Part shown: positions 48,024 to 59,808 of the stretch, in pieces
Numbering within the stretch: position 1 is the stretch's first letter
Layout: each line of letters starts with the position of its first letter
DNA from: Lophium mytilinum
Taxonomy: Eukaryota
Direction of reading: 5' to 3'
Length of the DNA stretch: 64,000 nt
Assembly (NCBI GenBank): GCA_010093605.1
Contig: MU004192.1
Coordinates: forward strand, 566,882 to 630,881
Translations under genes and position numbers: made by a program
Notes under the pieces: generated by a model
Told to the model about the DNA's origin: nothing
What the model saw: the letters and a program-made list of their open reading frames with translations, nothing else
Database searches by the model: none

Positions 48024-49349
48024 ATGCATATGCGCATTCGACTGTTCCGTATCTGGTACAGCACTACTTATACCGTCCTCTTCTTCCTTGCCATCGTCCT
48101 CCTCGCCGTCACCCCCGCCGATACCATCTACCAGTCCATCCGCAGCGATGACATCCAGAAGATATTTGTCGTCGCTGGAGTTTACCTCCTTACCTTCCTT
48201 GTTACGATCCTGATATACTCTACCCGCCTCTATACAAATCGCAGTGCTCTACAAGGCATACCGAAGGCCTACCTCCCGGTCGAAGATGGCGAAGTGGGCA
48301 AACTGATTCGGCGGCTGATTGTGAAGAATCTAAAGAGGAGTTCTATCGTCGCGTGGGATTCGCGCCCAAGGGAACTTGAGGAAGAAGAGCTGGAAGATGC
48401 GACAATGGGTAGCAGGCCACCTACAGCGGAGCGCCAACATACTACATTCAAAAGGAGCAGCCATCTGAATGAAACCACAGTCATACCAGTCTCATCAGCA
48501 TTGCCGGCCTGGGGCGAGATTGCTCATCCTGGGTGGTCCTGCCCTTCGTCGAGTGACCTACCCAATCTGCAGTTCTGGACCGTCATTCCTGAGCTCCCAA
48601 ATCTTATCGAAGCCAAGGCAGTCTCTCTTGCTCCTCCGGACCCTGCCTTCAGCCCGGAACAGCACCCGCAAGATACCTCACCGATACTACCGGATGCGCA
48701 AGTGGTAGCACTTCTTCAGCGCCCTGCAACAATGGGCTTGCGGGACTATCTCTCCAGATTGTCTTCCTTTGGCCTCATCAACCCTCCAAAACTCGGCGAG
48801 AAGTTCCTAACGCAATATGAGTTTGCGAGATTCTCCAACTCGCCGCTGACCGAACAGGAGTTCCGAGAACTCATGGCTGTGTTTGCTGATATCTTGAGCG
48901 GTATGACGGAGCTTGATGCCGAGCTCATCGCCGACATCCAGGCAGGCGATGTCGACTCCGATACTTTCAGTTTCACATCATCGATTTCCACGCAAAGCTC
49001 AACGGGCTCTGCGATACACCATCGCACGCCTCGTGTTCCTGATGAGACGGACTCATACTACACAAGCAGCACTTCGTCAGACCCCGGGCGAAATGAAAGC
49101 CCCGGAACGATTAGAACGGCGCCATCGCGATTCGAAAGGCGAAGTTCTGGAACTCGTCAATTGTCCAGTAGCCCTTCAGCGAGCTCTCTGCACTCTCAGA
49201 GATTTCAGTCTATGTCGCGAAGTCCGTCTTCAGTGATACGAGGATCACCTTCCTTAGCATCACTACGCTCGACACAGTCTGTCATACGATTGTCTCCCAT
49301 ATCGGGCGCCGGAGAGTTGCCATACCATTACGCTTTTAATCGTCCTTGA
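48024..49349 (+). CDS. DLT1: Defect at low temperature protein 1 homolog
   Basis: Two N-terminal TM helices with TPAD, RLYTNRSALQGIPK, IAHPGWS, YEFARFS, and an S-rich tail. Confidence 0.8.
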   Translation: MHMRIRLFRIWYSTTYTVLFFLAIVLLAVTPADTIYQSIRSDDIQKIFVVAGVYLLTFLVTILIYSTRLYTNRSALQGIPKAYLPVEDGEVGKLIRRLIVKNLKRSSIVAWDSRPRELEEEELEDATMGSRPPTAERQHTTFKRSSHLNETTVIPVSSALPAWGEIAHPGWSCPSSSDLPNLQFWTVIPELPNLIEAKAVSLAPPDPAFSPEQHPQDTSPILPDAQVVALLQRPATMGLRDYLSRLSSFGLINPPKLGEKFLTQYEFARFSNSPLTEQEFRELMAVFADILSGMTELDAELIADIQAGDVDSDTFSFTSSISTQSSTGSAIHHRTPRVPDETDSYYTSSTSSDPGRNESPGTIRTAPSRFERRSSGTRQLSSSPSASSLHSQRFQSMSRSPSSVIRGSPSLASLRSTQSVIRLSPISGAGELPYHYAFNRP

Positions 49350-50196
49350 GGGCTCCCTTGGCGTTGATATCATGTTGCCATGATCCATCGCAATAAGGAC
49401 TGCTTTTGACGTCTTATGATTCTTATTAATGTTTAAATATGAAATAGAATTGGATTTGCCACCAACACGATTCTGGGGCTCTCGATTGTTACATCGAAAT
49501 GGGAATTTATGACATGTCAAGGTGATTTCTAGGTGCTTTCACTGCCTGAATGTTATTCATCACGACGACCTGATACTGAGTGCCTCATGTATTACATCAA
49601 GTTGAAGATTTGTCGCTACCTCAGTATGATCCCCAAGCAATTTTCATGGTCTAACTTTTGTTCCTTCTCTTTCTCTCGATTTGAAGGTTCTCAATGTTGA
49701 CATGGATGATGAAAATCTATGGCACACCAGGGAGACCTCCGAGGTGTTCGCACTCTCGGAATTTCATACTTCTCGTCCATCTGATACGGAGACTTCTAAC
49801 CTTCACCTTGCGCTCGAGGTTTAGTAGTGTCTGAAGATGACCTCAGACTATTTTCGCCGCTCTAAACTCATGCTTTTTGAGCGCCTCATATTGACGGTGT
49901 AGTAACGCGTGATCTCTACCCAATAGCGAAGTCGACGTGGTTTTTCCAATCAACATAATGTGCTGGAGCCCTCCTGATGGAGTTAGCTACTTGGTAAGAC
50001 TCCTCACGAAAAGCTCATTCTCGCTTACAACAGACTAACACGCAGAAATAGGAGTCATATTGGGGTTCAATTCCGTCTATTCTACTCCCTTGAGGTATCC
50101 TCCACTTTCTGCAATGGTCGTTAAGCCCAGCAACCCAATTCGTTCTCTGGTATCTCCAGGAGCCCTCCAAAAGCCCAACCAGGTGCGCAAAGCCAC

Positions 50197-51192
50197 TCAA
50201 AGACCATCTTCATCTGCAGTCTCGTAGGCCTCCTCCTCATCCGACGACTCGCGATTCGTGCGGTCTCGGACGAATAGACTCTCCTCATCGCTCTCCTCTT
50301 CTGAAGGCTTCTTAGCCTCCTCATTCACCTTCTTCACCGCCGCTCCCTCCTCGCTGAATTTAGGGTACACCAACTCCTGATCCTTAGACTCGCGCACCTT
50401 TGGACGGTCAAACTCTTCGCCGTCGATGGAGAAGCTGATCGCGGTCCTATTCTCGGCCGCTCGCTGCAGACTGTTGGAGCCCCTTACAAAGCCGTAGACG
50501 GGTGCAGCGGCACGTGCGGATGGTTGAGGCTTAGGCGCAGGCTGGGTTTTGGGCGTCGCTGGCGGTGCTGCCCGCGCAACCTCGCGAATCGGAGGCGTGG
50601 ACTGGGACGGCTTCCGGGCTTTGACAGCAGCTTTGACGTTCCCGGACCCCACAATCTCGTCGAAACGGCTGGGCGTGTGGCCTCTGATCCGCACCCTGTT
50701 ATCGCGTTCCAGGAGATAGTACTCGTAATCCTCGACGGTCGACGGTCTGTTTCGCTCGATGACATGGATAACGGGGAACACCTTGGCGCGGTAATGGGCG
50801 CACAGCAGCTTCGTCATCTTGAAGAGCTTCTCGACGAGATCCTCTCCTCTCTTCCCATGGAAGTATTCACCTGGCTTAGTCAGGTTCTGGATGAGGTCGA
50901 AGAGGAAGCGGACGGTGTACAGGCGGCATTTAACGCGCTCATCGGCGGTGTCGTTGATCTTATCGGCGGAGCCTTTGCGGAGACACATCATGGTTCTGAA
51001 TGCGACCCATGGGGTAAGGTGAGGGTTTCCGGAGTCTTCCATGCATCGGAGGACGAGGAGACACTCGTCGCGGTATTGGGCCCAGGGCGTGAGGAAAGCG
51101 TCTCGTTCGAGGAAGAAGCGGTTTAGGTCGTCTTGGCTTTTGAGGCCGAGGCATTCGAGGAAGCTCTCGACGCGGACGCTGGCGCCGGACAT
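50197..51192 (-). CDS. Hypothetical protein (helical N-terminus, acidic low-complexity tail)
   Basis: 331-aa ATG-initiated ORF with GC3-rich codon bias. No family recognised. Confidence 0.65.
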   Translation of the reverse strand: MSGASVRVESFLECLGLKSQDDLNRFFLERDAFLTPWAQYRDECLLVLRCMEDSGNPHLTPWVAFRTMMCLRKGSADKINDTADERVKCRLYTVRFLFDLIQNLTKPGEYFHGKRGEDLVEKLFKMTKLLCAHYRAKVFPVIHVIERNRPSTVEDYEYYLLERDNRVRIRGHTPSRFDEIVGSGNVKAAVKARKPSQSTPPIREVARAAPPATPKTQPAPKPQPSARAAAPVYGFVRGSNSLQRAAENRTAISFSIDGEEFDRPKVRESKDQELVYPKFSEEGAAVKKVNEEAKKPSEEESDEESLFVRDRTNRESSDEEEAYETADEDGL

Positions 51193-51573
51193 TCTTGATG
51201 TGGTGTGGTTGCTTGTGAGGCCTTGGTTCTCTCGTTAGGGTTCAATCTGTCAGGCTTCGACTCAAGACGACGGCTGGTGGTTGGTGACGAAGACGGAAGA
51301 AAGACGGCAAGTCTGGAGAAGCTGAAATATGAGTCTGTCTAGACGACGACCGAAATGATTTCACCCTCGTCTTCACTTTACGGCTAACCGTGCATCCTAG
51401 CAGCTAATAAAGAGACAGCTGATCAAGCAAGATATCAGTGTCCAATACCGAATCCGGTTAGCGCGCTCAAATTTACCACTTCACTTAATCAAAGGAGGGC
51501 CTTAACCTTTCTAAGACGTCGTCAATCTCTCTGTGCTCCTCTCTCTAGCTTCATTACCACATCTCCACACCTC

Positions 51574-52404
51574 GCAACTGAAGATGAAGCCATCACAACA
51601 CGTAGCTCGCTCAGCGGGTATGGCAAGCCGCCCGCAAACTCCACCACCTATGGGGCCGCCTCCCCCATCCAGGTCGCGCCGCTTGCAGTCACGCGTCACC
51701 AGCTTCAAGACCTCGCTCTTCCACCGGCCTTCTTCAAGGAACCTCCGGCGCGGCAAAGCAGACCAGACCACCACCGCCGCGACGCCTTCGCATGGCTCTG
51801 GTAATCCTCAAGACGTCAACAATACTACCACAGAAGCCGCCAACAGCCCAGCCAGTGAGCTTGCCCCCGACGACTTCTCCTACGCCACCTACGTCGCCCG
51901 CGGCGGCTACCTCCCCGACGGCTCAGGCGGCAAGATCTCAGAGCCCCGTTTCGCGCAGATGAAGACGGAAATCATGCCCTTCAACGCGGATCGCTTCGTT
52001 GCGCTTGTCAATTCTTCGGAGAAACTGAGACAGGGGTTTGACGTAAGCTATACCAATCGCCCTATACATTGGTGAGCTGCTGTGCTAATGTTAGGCAGAG
52101 CGTATATGGAGATATGCCGCCTGACCGTCCTACTGATTCGGAGCTCCTGCGGTTCGTCATGGAGGGGAACCAGGAGTGGAAGGATGAGGTGTTGCAGCGG
52201 TTGACGGGGCAGCTGAGGTCGCATTGGGAGATTTCTGGGGCGCGGATAGCGGCGCTGGGACTGGAGATTGATGCGCTTACGGAGCGGGTTGCGGTGTTGG
52301 AGGGGGTTAGGGAGGGGAGTACGGGGGAGGCTGATGAAGATTCGGTGGAGGCCGAAGATATCAAGCAAGAAGAGGTCGAGGAGGAGACGGGAGAGGCTGT
52401 CTAG
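51574..52404 (+). CDS. Hypothetical protein with C-terminal coiled coil (2 exons)
   Basis: ORFs 51533-52075 and 52069-52404 can be joined by an intron gtaagc(52043)...gctaat...gcag(52098). Start codon uncertain. Confidence 0.6.
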
Positions 52405-53124
52405 GAGTGGCAAGTGTAAGCTGAATGGTGGTTGTAGTTTTAGCTTCTGGTGGAGCTTGTACCAAAAGTGGGTACACCTTGGCACATAACTTGAATAGAA
52501 CAATTGGACTTTGTAACTCTTGGTTGTAAAGATATCTTTGAGGGGAGGGCTCAATTCTAAAGCTGTGTTCCTCACCTTTGACACCTTTGCACCGCGGTTG
52601 GGGGCCCTCCGGATACGGAATTAGGAATCAGATGAGATGTTTGATTCTGAACGTCCCAAACTAGACGTCCACCTTTGACATCGTTTTCTGTCTATCTGAC
52701 AGCGTCAAGGGGCTCACGCATATGTACTTGCGATCTAGGTTCGATTTAGAATCCGAACGTGTTAAATCAATCTAAGCCTGTGGTTCTTGCTGTGTTGTTT
52801 GGCGTGCTTTAGAATAGTAGGCTCGTGGAAATCTGGGTGGGATGCAAAATCATCAACAGCATCAGTTTATAGTAGTTGAGCAGTAAGCCCTTTGTTCGAT
52901 ATTTGAAAATCTATCTCATTTTTGTTCTTACGTTTCGTTCCGAAGCTTGACGCTCCCAGAATAGGGATGACGAAGATCGGCCGGCACGGACGTTCCACGC
53001 TTCTTTCTAGACGACATCTCCACCACTCCTTATGCACGCCCGACTTTCAACGGTGCTATTGTCAATCTGATTCTACTTGCGCCCATATATAATATTGCTT
53101 TACACAATGGTGATTGTATATACG

Positions 53125-54851
53125 ATGGCGAAAACCTCAGAGCCTTACGTCCGCGACTTGGAATTCCGTGGTTTCATCGAGGGTCTCACATTCAAAAGCA
53201 ACGCACAGCCTACTTGCCACTACTTCGGAGGAGTACCATATGCACTTCCTCCAGTGGGCCCGTTCCGATGGAGGAAACCGAGACCGTTACCCTCATGCTA
53301 CCGCTACGGGACAAGAGCTAACCCAGGACGATATACCGGCGGTACCGCACTTTGCCCACAGCCAGGATTTGATAGTGATCTTCCTGACATGACTTTATGG
53401 GACGAGGATTGCTTGCAGTGTAACATTTGGATGCCCGTAGGAGAACCGCCGGCTGGAGGTTTGAGTCCATTTCCAATCACATGATAACATGTATACTGAT
53501 GCTTCTTTTCAGGATGGCCCGTCTTCTTCAATATCCGTAAGCGTTTATTTCATTACAACTACTGTCAAACGACGTGATAGTAACAATTCTAGATGGCGGG
53601 TTCCTTCAATTTGGGAATCCTAATTCAGGCGACCTCTCCGCGATTCTCAGCGAAACTTCAGCAAAGTTCATCTGTGTAATGCCCGCCTATAGACTGAATG
53701 TTTTCGGCTTCCTTGCCTCTGAAGAGTTAGGCCAGAACTTTGATTCTAGCGACATTGTTTCGAATGTCGGTTTCTGGGACATACGGCTCGCGCTCGAGTG
53801 GACGCACAAGAACATTAGCTATTTCGGCGGCGATGCTTCTAATATCACCATCGGCGGATACTCCGCAGGATCTCATGCTACCTTCCACCAACTCGCGTAC
53901 GAATTGGGACTACCAGACTCCAAGGCTATTGCCCGCCGGGCGATTATGTGGTCGAATGGACCTGGTGTTCAACCAAAATCCACCTCCGAGGCACAAGAGC
54001 AATTCGAGGAGCTCTTGACTGCACTGAAAATACCCCTAGGCGTATCACCCACAGAAAAGCTGGCTAGGCTCCGAGCCCTGGACGCACCTACGCTGATAAA
54101 AGCAAGCATGCGAGTAAAGCACCATCAATTCCGCGCCACAACCGACGGCCACTTTGTCCGCCACGGCCTGATGAAAGAGATCGATAACGGGATCTTCGCC
54201 GAACGAATGAAGCGCCGTGGCATCAAACTCCTGATCGGCGAGTGTAAAGATGAGCACTTCATCTATGGCCTCTGGCGGCCACCAAAGAACAGTCTGGAAT
54301 CGCTCTTCAACCGCCTCCAGGCCGACTACCCCATTCGTGCATGCGAAACCCTAGTCAAGTATTACTACCCCGGAGACAAACTCCCCGCTGATTGCAAAGA
54401 CTGGCCGGATGCGTTCGGGCGCATCTACGCGGACATTCAGATTCACATGCTCGAGCGCGGGTTCGTTAACGCGCTTGTGCAGCATGGCGCCGGCGAGTTG
54501 ATATATAGGTATCGGATGGAGTGGCGTGCGAAATGTGTCGATAAGACTTTCCCAAAGGAATGGGGTGTCACTCATGGGGCGGATTATCCGACCTGGATGT
54601 GGGGGAATGGGGAAACTTTGCTGAAGAAGGAGAAGACTCTTGTCAAGAACTCGTTCCATGATCTTTTTGCAAAGTTCTTGAATGGAGAAGAGATGGATTG
54701 GGGCACGACGGACCCGCTGCATATCAGGACTTTGACGCCGAAGGGGACGGTGGTGTGTGGGGAGGATCCGATGCTTGAAAGGGGGTTGGAGGTTTGGCGG
54801 TTATTGCAGAGTGTTGGGGTTACTGGGGACACGATCATGTCGAAGATATAG
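53125..54851 (+). CDS. Type-B carboxylesterase (alpha/beta hydrolase), multi-exon
   Basis: FGGVPYALPP, EDCLQCNIWMP, GGFLQFG, YRLNVFGFL, FGGDASNITIGGYSAG (catalytic Ser), VTHGAD (His). Confidence 0.93.
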
Positions 54852-55164
54852 AGGTAAAAGAAGAGCTTCAGTAAGGTTCCTTCCTACAGACGTAATAGTC
54901 CAAAAGCAAGTAGTGCTGAGATATATAAAAAAAATGCTTCAGGGTATCCCAATATAGGGATAGGTTGACTAAAGCAATGTTTGTGGTAACAAAATCAATG
55001 CAATTCCAAGCGCTCTATTCGTCAATGAGCTTACACTGTCAATGTCAAGTATAGAAAAATGTCGAGCATTGTAAGTTGAGAGACCCTTGGTGTTTTAGGT
55101 CCGAGCTTCATAGGCACATCTCAAGCTTCCCCGGTGGAACCACTGCCATTCTCCCACCATCGCC

Positions 55165-56131
55165 ATGCCTCGAATTAACCTAGCATCACCTACACCATGG
55201 ATTCAAAGCTCCATCCGAGCCTTCTCCCCAGCACGAAGAGGCTTCGTAGCTCCAAAGACGTACGCCTCAATCCCAATTGCACCAAAGCCACCCAATTCTA
55301 ACATATCCCCAGTCTCCTCCCCACAACCACCTACCTCAACTCCAACACCCCCAAAACCGCTCATAGAAGCTTCGCCACAACCCCTCTCCTCCACAAAAAA
55401 GCCGGCAAATCCAACATGTCGCACGCCCGCACCGACTCTGCCCCGCCCGTCACCGAAGCCTCCGCGAACACGCCCACAGACCAGGCCTACGACCTCTCGC
55501 CGCTAGAATCGAACATCCTAAAAGCGATGGAGAAGCTGACGCACGACCTATCGCAGCTGCGGTCCGGAGGGCGGTTCAACCCAGACGTAGTGGAGGGGCT
55601 GCGGGTGCAATTAGGGAAGGGCGACGAAAAAGAAACGGCGAGGGTGAAGGACTTGGCGCAGGTTGTGCCGAAGGGGAGGGTGTTGAATGTTATTGTGGGG
55701 GAGAAGGAGGTAAGTCATTTCTCGGTTTCTTGGGCTGATGTTTTGTGTGGGAATTGCGAGGCTAATTTATGTTGTTTCTGCAGCATATCAAACCTGTTTC
55801 CTCTGCCATAGCAGCGAGTCCGCATAATCTAGTCCCTCAGTCACCGCATCCGGATAGTCCGTTGTCTATTCCTGTCCCTATACCCCCGCCGACGGGTGAG
55901 TCGCGGAAGGCTGCGCTAGAAGCGGCGCATAAGGCTGGAGAGGTAGCAACGACGGCTGTTCAAGATGCGAGGGCGGCGCATCATAAAAAGTTGAGGAAGT
56001 TTCAGGTGGATAAAAGTGTAAGGCCGGATGATTTGCAGAAGGCGACAAAGAAAATGGAAGAAGCGGTCAAGAGGGGGGTTTCGGAGGTGAAGAGAATTGT
56101 GGATGGAGCGAGGAGGGTGTTAGAGCAGTAG
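55165..56131 (+). CDS. RRF1: Mitochondrial ribosome recycling factor, 3 exons
   Basis: Exons 55165-55259, 55313-55709 and 55784-56131 stay in frame. Presequence-like N-terminus, LSQLRSGGRFNP, DLAQVVPK and IPPPTGESR. Confidence 0.85.
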
Positions 56132-56383
56132 GAACGGGTATTATGATGGTCTATATGTTCAAAATGGTGTACTATATATGCGTTCGCATAGCCCTATATT
56201 GGTGTGCATGCGCCCGCGCACAGCCACCACTTGTTTATCAAGCGTAAAGCGGATTACACTGCAGCCTGTTGATGACTTGAACATATAAGCATTGACCCCC
56301 TACCTCATCAGGTAGGGTGACCAGCAACTTCAGAATACGACCTCCTCGTTGATACACAAACTTTACTATCCAAAACAATCAGT

Positions 56384-56914
56384 ATGACTACTTCAGGCAA
56401 CCCATTTTCCCCTGACGCGAGATGCACCATCTGCATGGCACCGGGACTGCCCGACAACAAGCAACCCGCTTCCATATTCCTCTCCGGCAGCATCGAAATG
56501 GGCAAGGCTATCGACTGGCAAACAGCTTTGACCAAAAGGCTCGAACACCTGCCCATCACTATCTTCAACCCGCGCCGCGACGACTGGGACAGCAGCTGGG
56601 AGGAAGACATCACGAACGCTAAATTCAGGGAACAGGTCGACTGGGAGCTGGACCAGATGGCGTTAGCAGATGTCACGGTCGTCTGCTTTGTCGCAGGCAC
56701 TCAGAGTCCGATCAGCCTGATGGAGCTCGGGTTGAATGCGCGTGATGGGAAGGTGGTGGTGTGTTGTCCAAAGGGGTTCTGGAAACGGGGGAATGTGCAG
56801 ATTGTGTGCCATAGATATGGTATACCTGTTGTGGAGACGGTTGAGGAATTGGCTGAGGAAGCCATAAAGAAGTTGGAGAAGAGGATAGCGGATAGGAAGA
56901 GGGCAGAGCTTTGA
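56384..56914 (+). CDS. Nucleoside 2-deoxyribosyltransferase-like protein
   Basis: IFLSGSIEMG, DWQ, IFNPRRDDWD, QVDWELD, SPISLMELGL and CPKGFWKRGNV. Intronless. Confidence 0.85.
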   Translation: MTTSGNPFSPDARCTICMAPGLPDNKQPASIFLSGSIEMGKAIDWQTALTKRLEHLPITIFNPRRDDWDSSWEEDITNAKFREQVDWELDQMALADVTVVCFVAGTQSPISLMELGLNARDGKVVVCCPKGFWKRGNVQIVCHRYGIPVVETVEELAEEAIKKLEKRIADRKRAEL

Positions 56915-57507
56915 GATATCCTGGGTAGCAGTTTGAACGATATCCTCAAGACTCTATCACCTTTCCACCGCTGTGGGGAAAGCATCATCTCATTCTATGA
57001 ATTCATTTCTACGGGGTGTCAGGATTGAGTAAGGCAAGTTCCCATTGAGCGCCTCTTTCAATGACCACTACAGTTTCAGAACTTCAAATCTCCACGATAT
57101 TTCCTAACCATCTTCTCTCAATCTCTCCCATTCTTCCTGACTTCATCCCACTCCTGTCATTGTCCTCCAATCAGAACGTCTCCAATATTATTTCCACAAC
57201 GCGTGATTTAGCGTCCACGGCTCTCGGATTCGACATAGTGGAGACGACTCGCGGGACCCCTCACTTCTACACACTCCTCCCCCACTTTCTTGCATCATGC
57301 AAGCGATGATACATGCATCTTTTGACCGTGCAACCTCGGAGCTTCTGCATAGGGCGTAGGAAAAGCAAGCATTCCCTGAACCGAATCCATTACTTATAAA
57401 CTCACCACGCGCTTCTCCCTAAATATACTCTAATCAATTGCTGGCGTCATCGAACTCGAATCGCATATCTTCTAATAATTCCGAACCCCTTCCTTTCATC
57501 CCCAATC

Positions 57508-58585
57508 ATGGCACCCCCATCCGCAACCAACACAGAGTCCAACGGGTCCTCCACCAAGCCAACAGCCACCGCCCCACACGAGCCCGGCCTGAGCGAAGAA
57601 AAGGCAAAAGAAAAGATCGCCACCTCCCATTGGCCGCGTCCACCAAAGTTCGACGACCCGTACAAGGAGCGCGCATACCTCAAAGGCCGCCTCGCAGCCG
57701 CGTTCCGGATATTCGGGAAATATGGCTTCGACGAGGGCGTCGCGGGACACATCACCATGCGCGTATGCCTCCCCTCAACCCAGCCAAGGTCACGAGACCT
57801 CAACCACATCCTGATACTAACATAAGGACTTCGTGCTAGGATCCCGTAGACCCCGAAACCTTCTGGGTAAATCCCTTCGGCGTCGCCTTCAGCCTCATCA
57901 AAGCCTCGGACCTCATCCTCGTCAGCGAGGAAGGCGAGATCCTCGAGGGCGGGCCGGTTCGCCTGCTCAATACGGCGGCGTATATGATCCATTCCGCGAT
58001 CCACAAAGCGCGGCCGGACGTGAACGCTGCGGCGCATAGTCACAGCATCTATGGACGCAGTTTCTGCTCGCTGGGGAGGAAACTTGATACCATTACGCAG
58101 GACTCGTGCGCTTTTCATGATGTATGTATTGTAGTGGTTAGATGTCTGAGAGCATTTTCTAGATCGAATCATCCTGTTCCCTGAGAAAGAAGAAGGGTGC
58201 TTAAGATTTGGACGCTGATGAAGGCTAGGACCACGTCCTCTACGACTCCTTCAATGGCATCGTCCTCGCTGAGGAAGAGGGCAAGAATATCGCTAAAGCG
58301 CTCGGGAACAACAAGGCTGCGCTGCTGCAGAACCACGGGCTGCTAACCGTCGGCGGGACTGTCGAGGAGACAGTGTTTTGGTTCGTGAGTATGGAGCGGT
58401 GCTGCCATGCGCAACTGATGGCGGATGCTGCCGCAAAGGGGAGGGGTGGCGAGACGGTGAAGATCCATGAGGAGGACGCGAAGTTCACATACGAGGCGAT
58501 TGGCACGCCGAAGGCGGGCTATTTCAGTGCAAAGCCAATGTTTGATGTGATACATAAGGAGACGGGAGGAGATTATTTGGAGTAG
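57508..58585 (+). CDS. Class II aldolase/adducin family protein, 3 exons
   Basis: AAFRIFGKYGFDEGVAGHITMR|DP, FWVNPFG, IHSAIHKARPDV, AHSHS, TQDSCAF and LQNHGLLT. Confidence 0.93.
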
Positions 58586-58727
58586 AGAAGAATTGCTAGC
58601 TCGAGATGGCGGACGCCAAATTAGACCGAAACGATAATTTGCATGCATGCTAGCATAGTTCCCGGGCTTAGTCGATGAGTGAATGCACATTACGAAGAGC
58701 AGTAGGGGGCCTTATTTTTATAGACCA

Positions 58728-58778
58728 TCACGTGACAGTCACGTGCACGTAAAACCGAGAGAATTCCACCTATTTAAA
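58728..58778. promoter_or_regulatory. Tandem E-boxes (TCACGTGA, GTCACGTG) followed by TATA-like TATTTAAA
   Basis: tcacgtgacagtcacgtgcacgt at 58728-58750 and tatttaaa at 58771-58778. No protein-coding gene follows on the + strand. Confidence 0.5.
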
Positions 58779-58859
58779 CCTCTTCCACCGTCAACTTCTC
58801 ACGCTCCGTAGATCCTCTTAATTCTATTAGACACCATTCATAGATTGAGAAGGTGTGCA

Positions 58860-59172
58860 GCTGAATGATGATGATTCGAATCCATCACGTGTTGGAAGAG
58901 TTCAGTGTTGTGTGCTCTCTAAGCTGTAGTAGTGAACGGCACCGCAGCGATCGGAGAGACACATCTTGCTAGCCATGGTCGAATGCGCGAGCGGTGACGT
59001 AGTGAAAATACATTAAAGCAGGGCCTGAGCGTTTGCTGATAGTATATGTTTAAGAAAATTACCTGGCATCCTCAAGTTACAGCGGTGTGGTGCCCCGGCG
59101 AAGTCTTCTAATCTCATCGGGGTGCTCTTGCCTTGCCATCACCGGGGTGGATGTAACCCATGTTTTTTTTTT
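58860..59172 (+). ncRNA. Candidate structured non-coding RNA (C/D-box-like segment plus GC-rich hairpin and T-run); family not identified
   Basis: C-box-like ATGATGA (58865) and D-box-like CTGA (59025), several stem-loops, a T-run near 59163 and upstream promoter motifs. Confidence 0.3.
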
Positions 59173-59808
59173 GCTATCTTGAGTTCGAATCTCGCATGTG
59201 CCAACTTACCCTTTTTCTTATTTTGCATCTTTTATTCTGTATGGCTGTCGGCTCTACCATCGACTCTTTACCGCCTAACACAAGTTGGGCATTGGGCAGG
59301 GGCTCTTCTCCGAGCAAGCTTTGGAATAATGCTGCTTTCGCTTGTGTTGTCCCGTCTGTGTTTGATTCACACCTTTGGGGCTGAAGGTTATTGTCGTCGT
59401 TACATCGTGAGCAGGGTCGAGCTTTACTATTGATAGAGAAAATAGACCTGGATGATGATGAGCAGGATCCGTAAAGTGCTAAGGGGTTCAACGAGCTCTT
59501 TGATATGCAGCCATCAGCAGGAACGATAAGAGGAGAATGTCTTTAGCTAGCAGCCATTGCGAAGGTTTAGAGCGTTGATGGAGTACATACAAACACCTCA
59601 ACGATGAAAAGCTATGCGAACTAGAAAGTTTAAAAAGTTGAAATGTCGTGATATTGGCGCCCTCTGCTAAACAGAAGAAAAACTACGCTTACCAACTACT
59701 AAGAACCTCAGTGAATGCAAGCCAGCCAGTAATGACCTGCTTTCAAGGGGTTGAGCCATGACTAGACTCTTATATGGCTGAACAACGAATGCACCGCTCA
59801 TACTAACG

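Noticed and set aside
59058..59212. U1-like TTACCTGG / ACTTACC and telomerase-template-like TAACCC
   Set aside because: The downstream U1 stem-loops and Sm site are not evident, and TAACCC is not extended to a full template.
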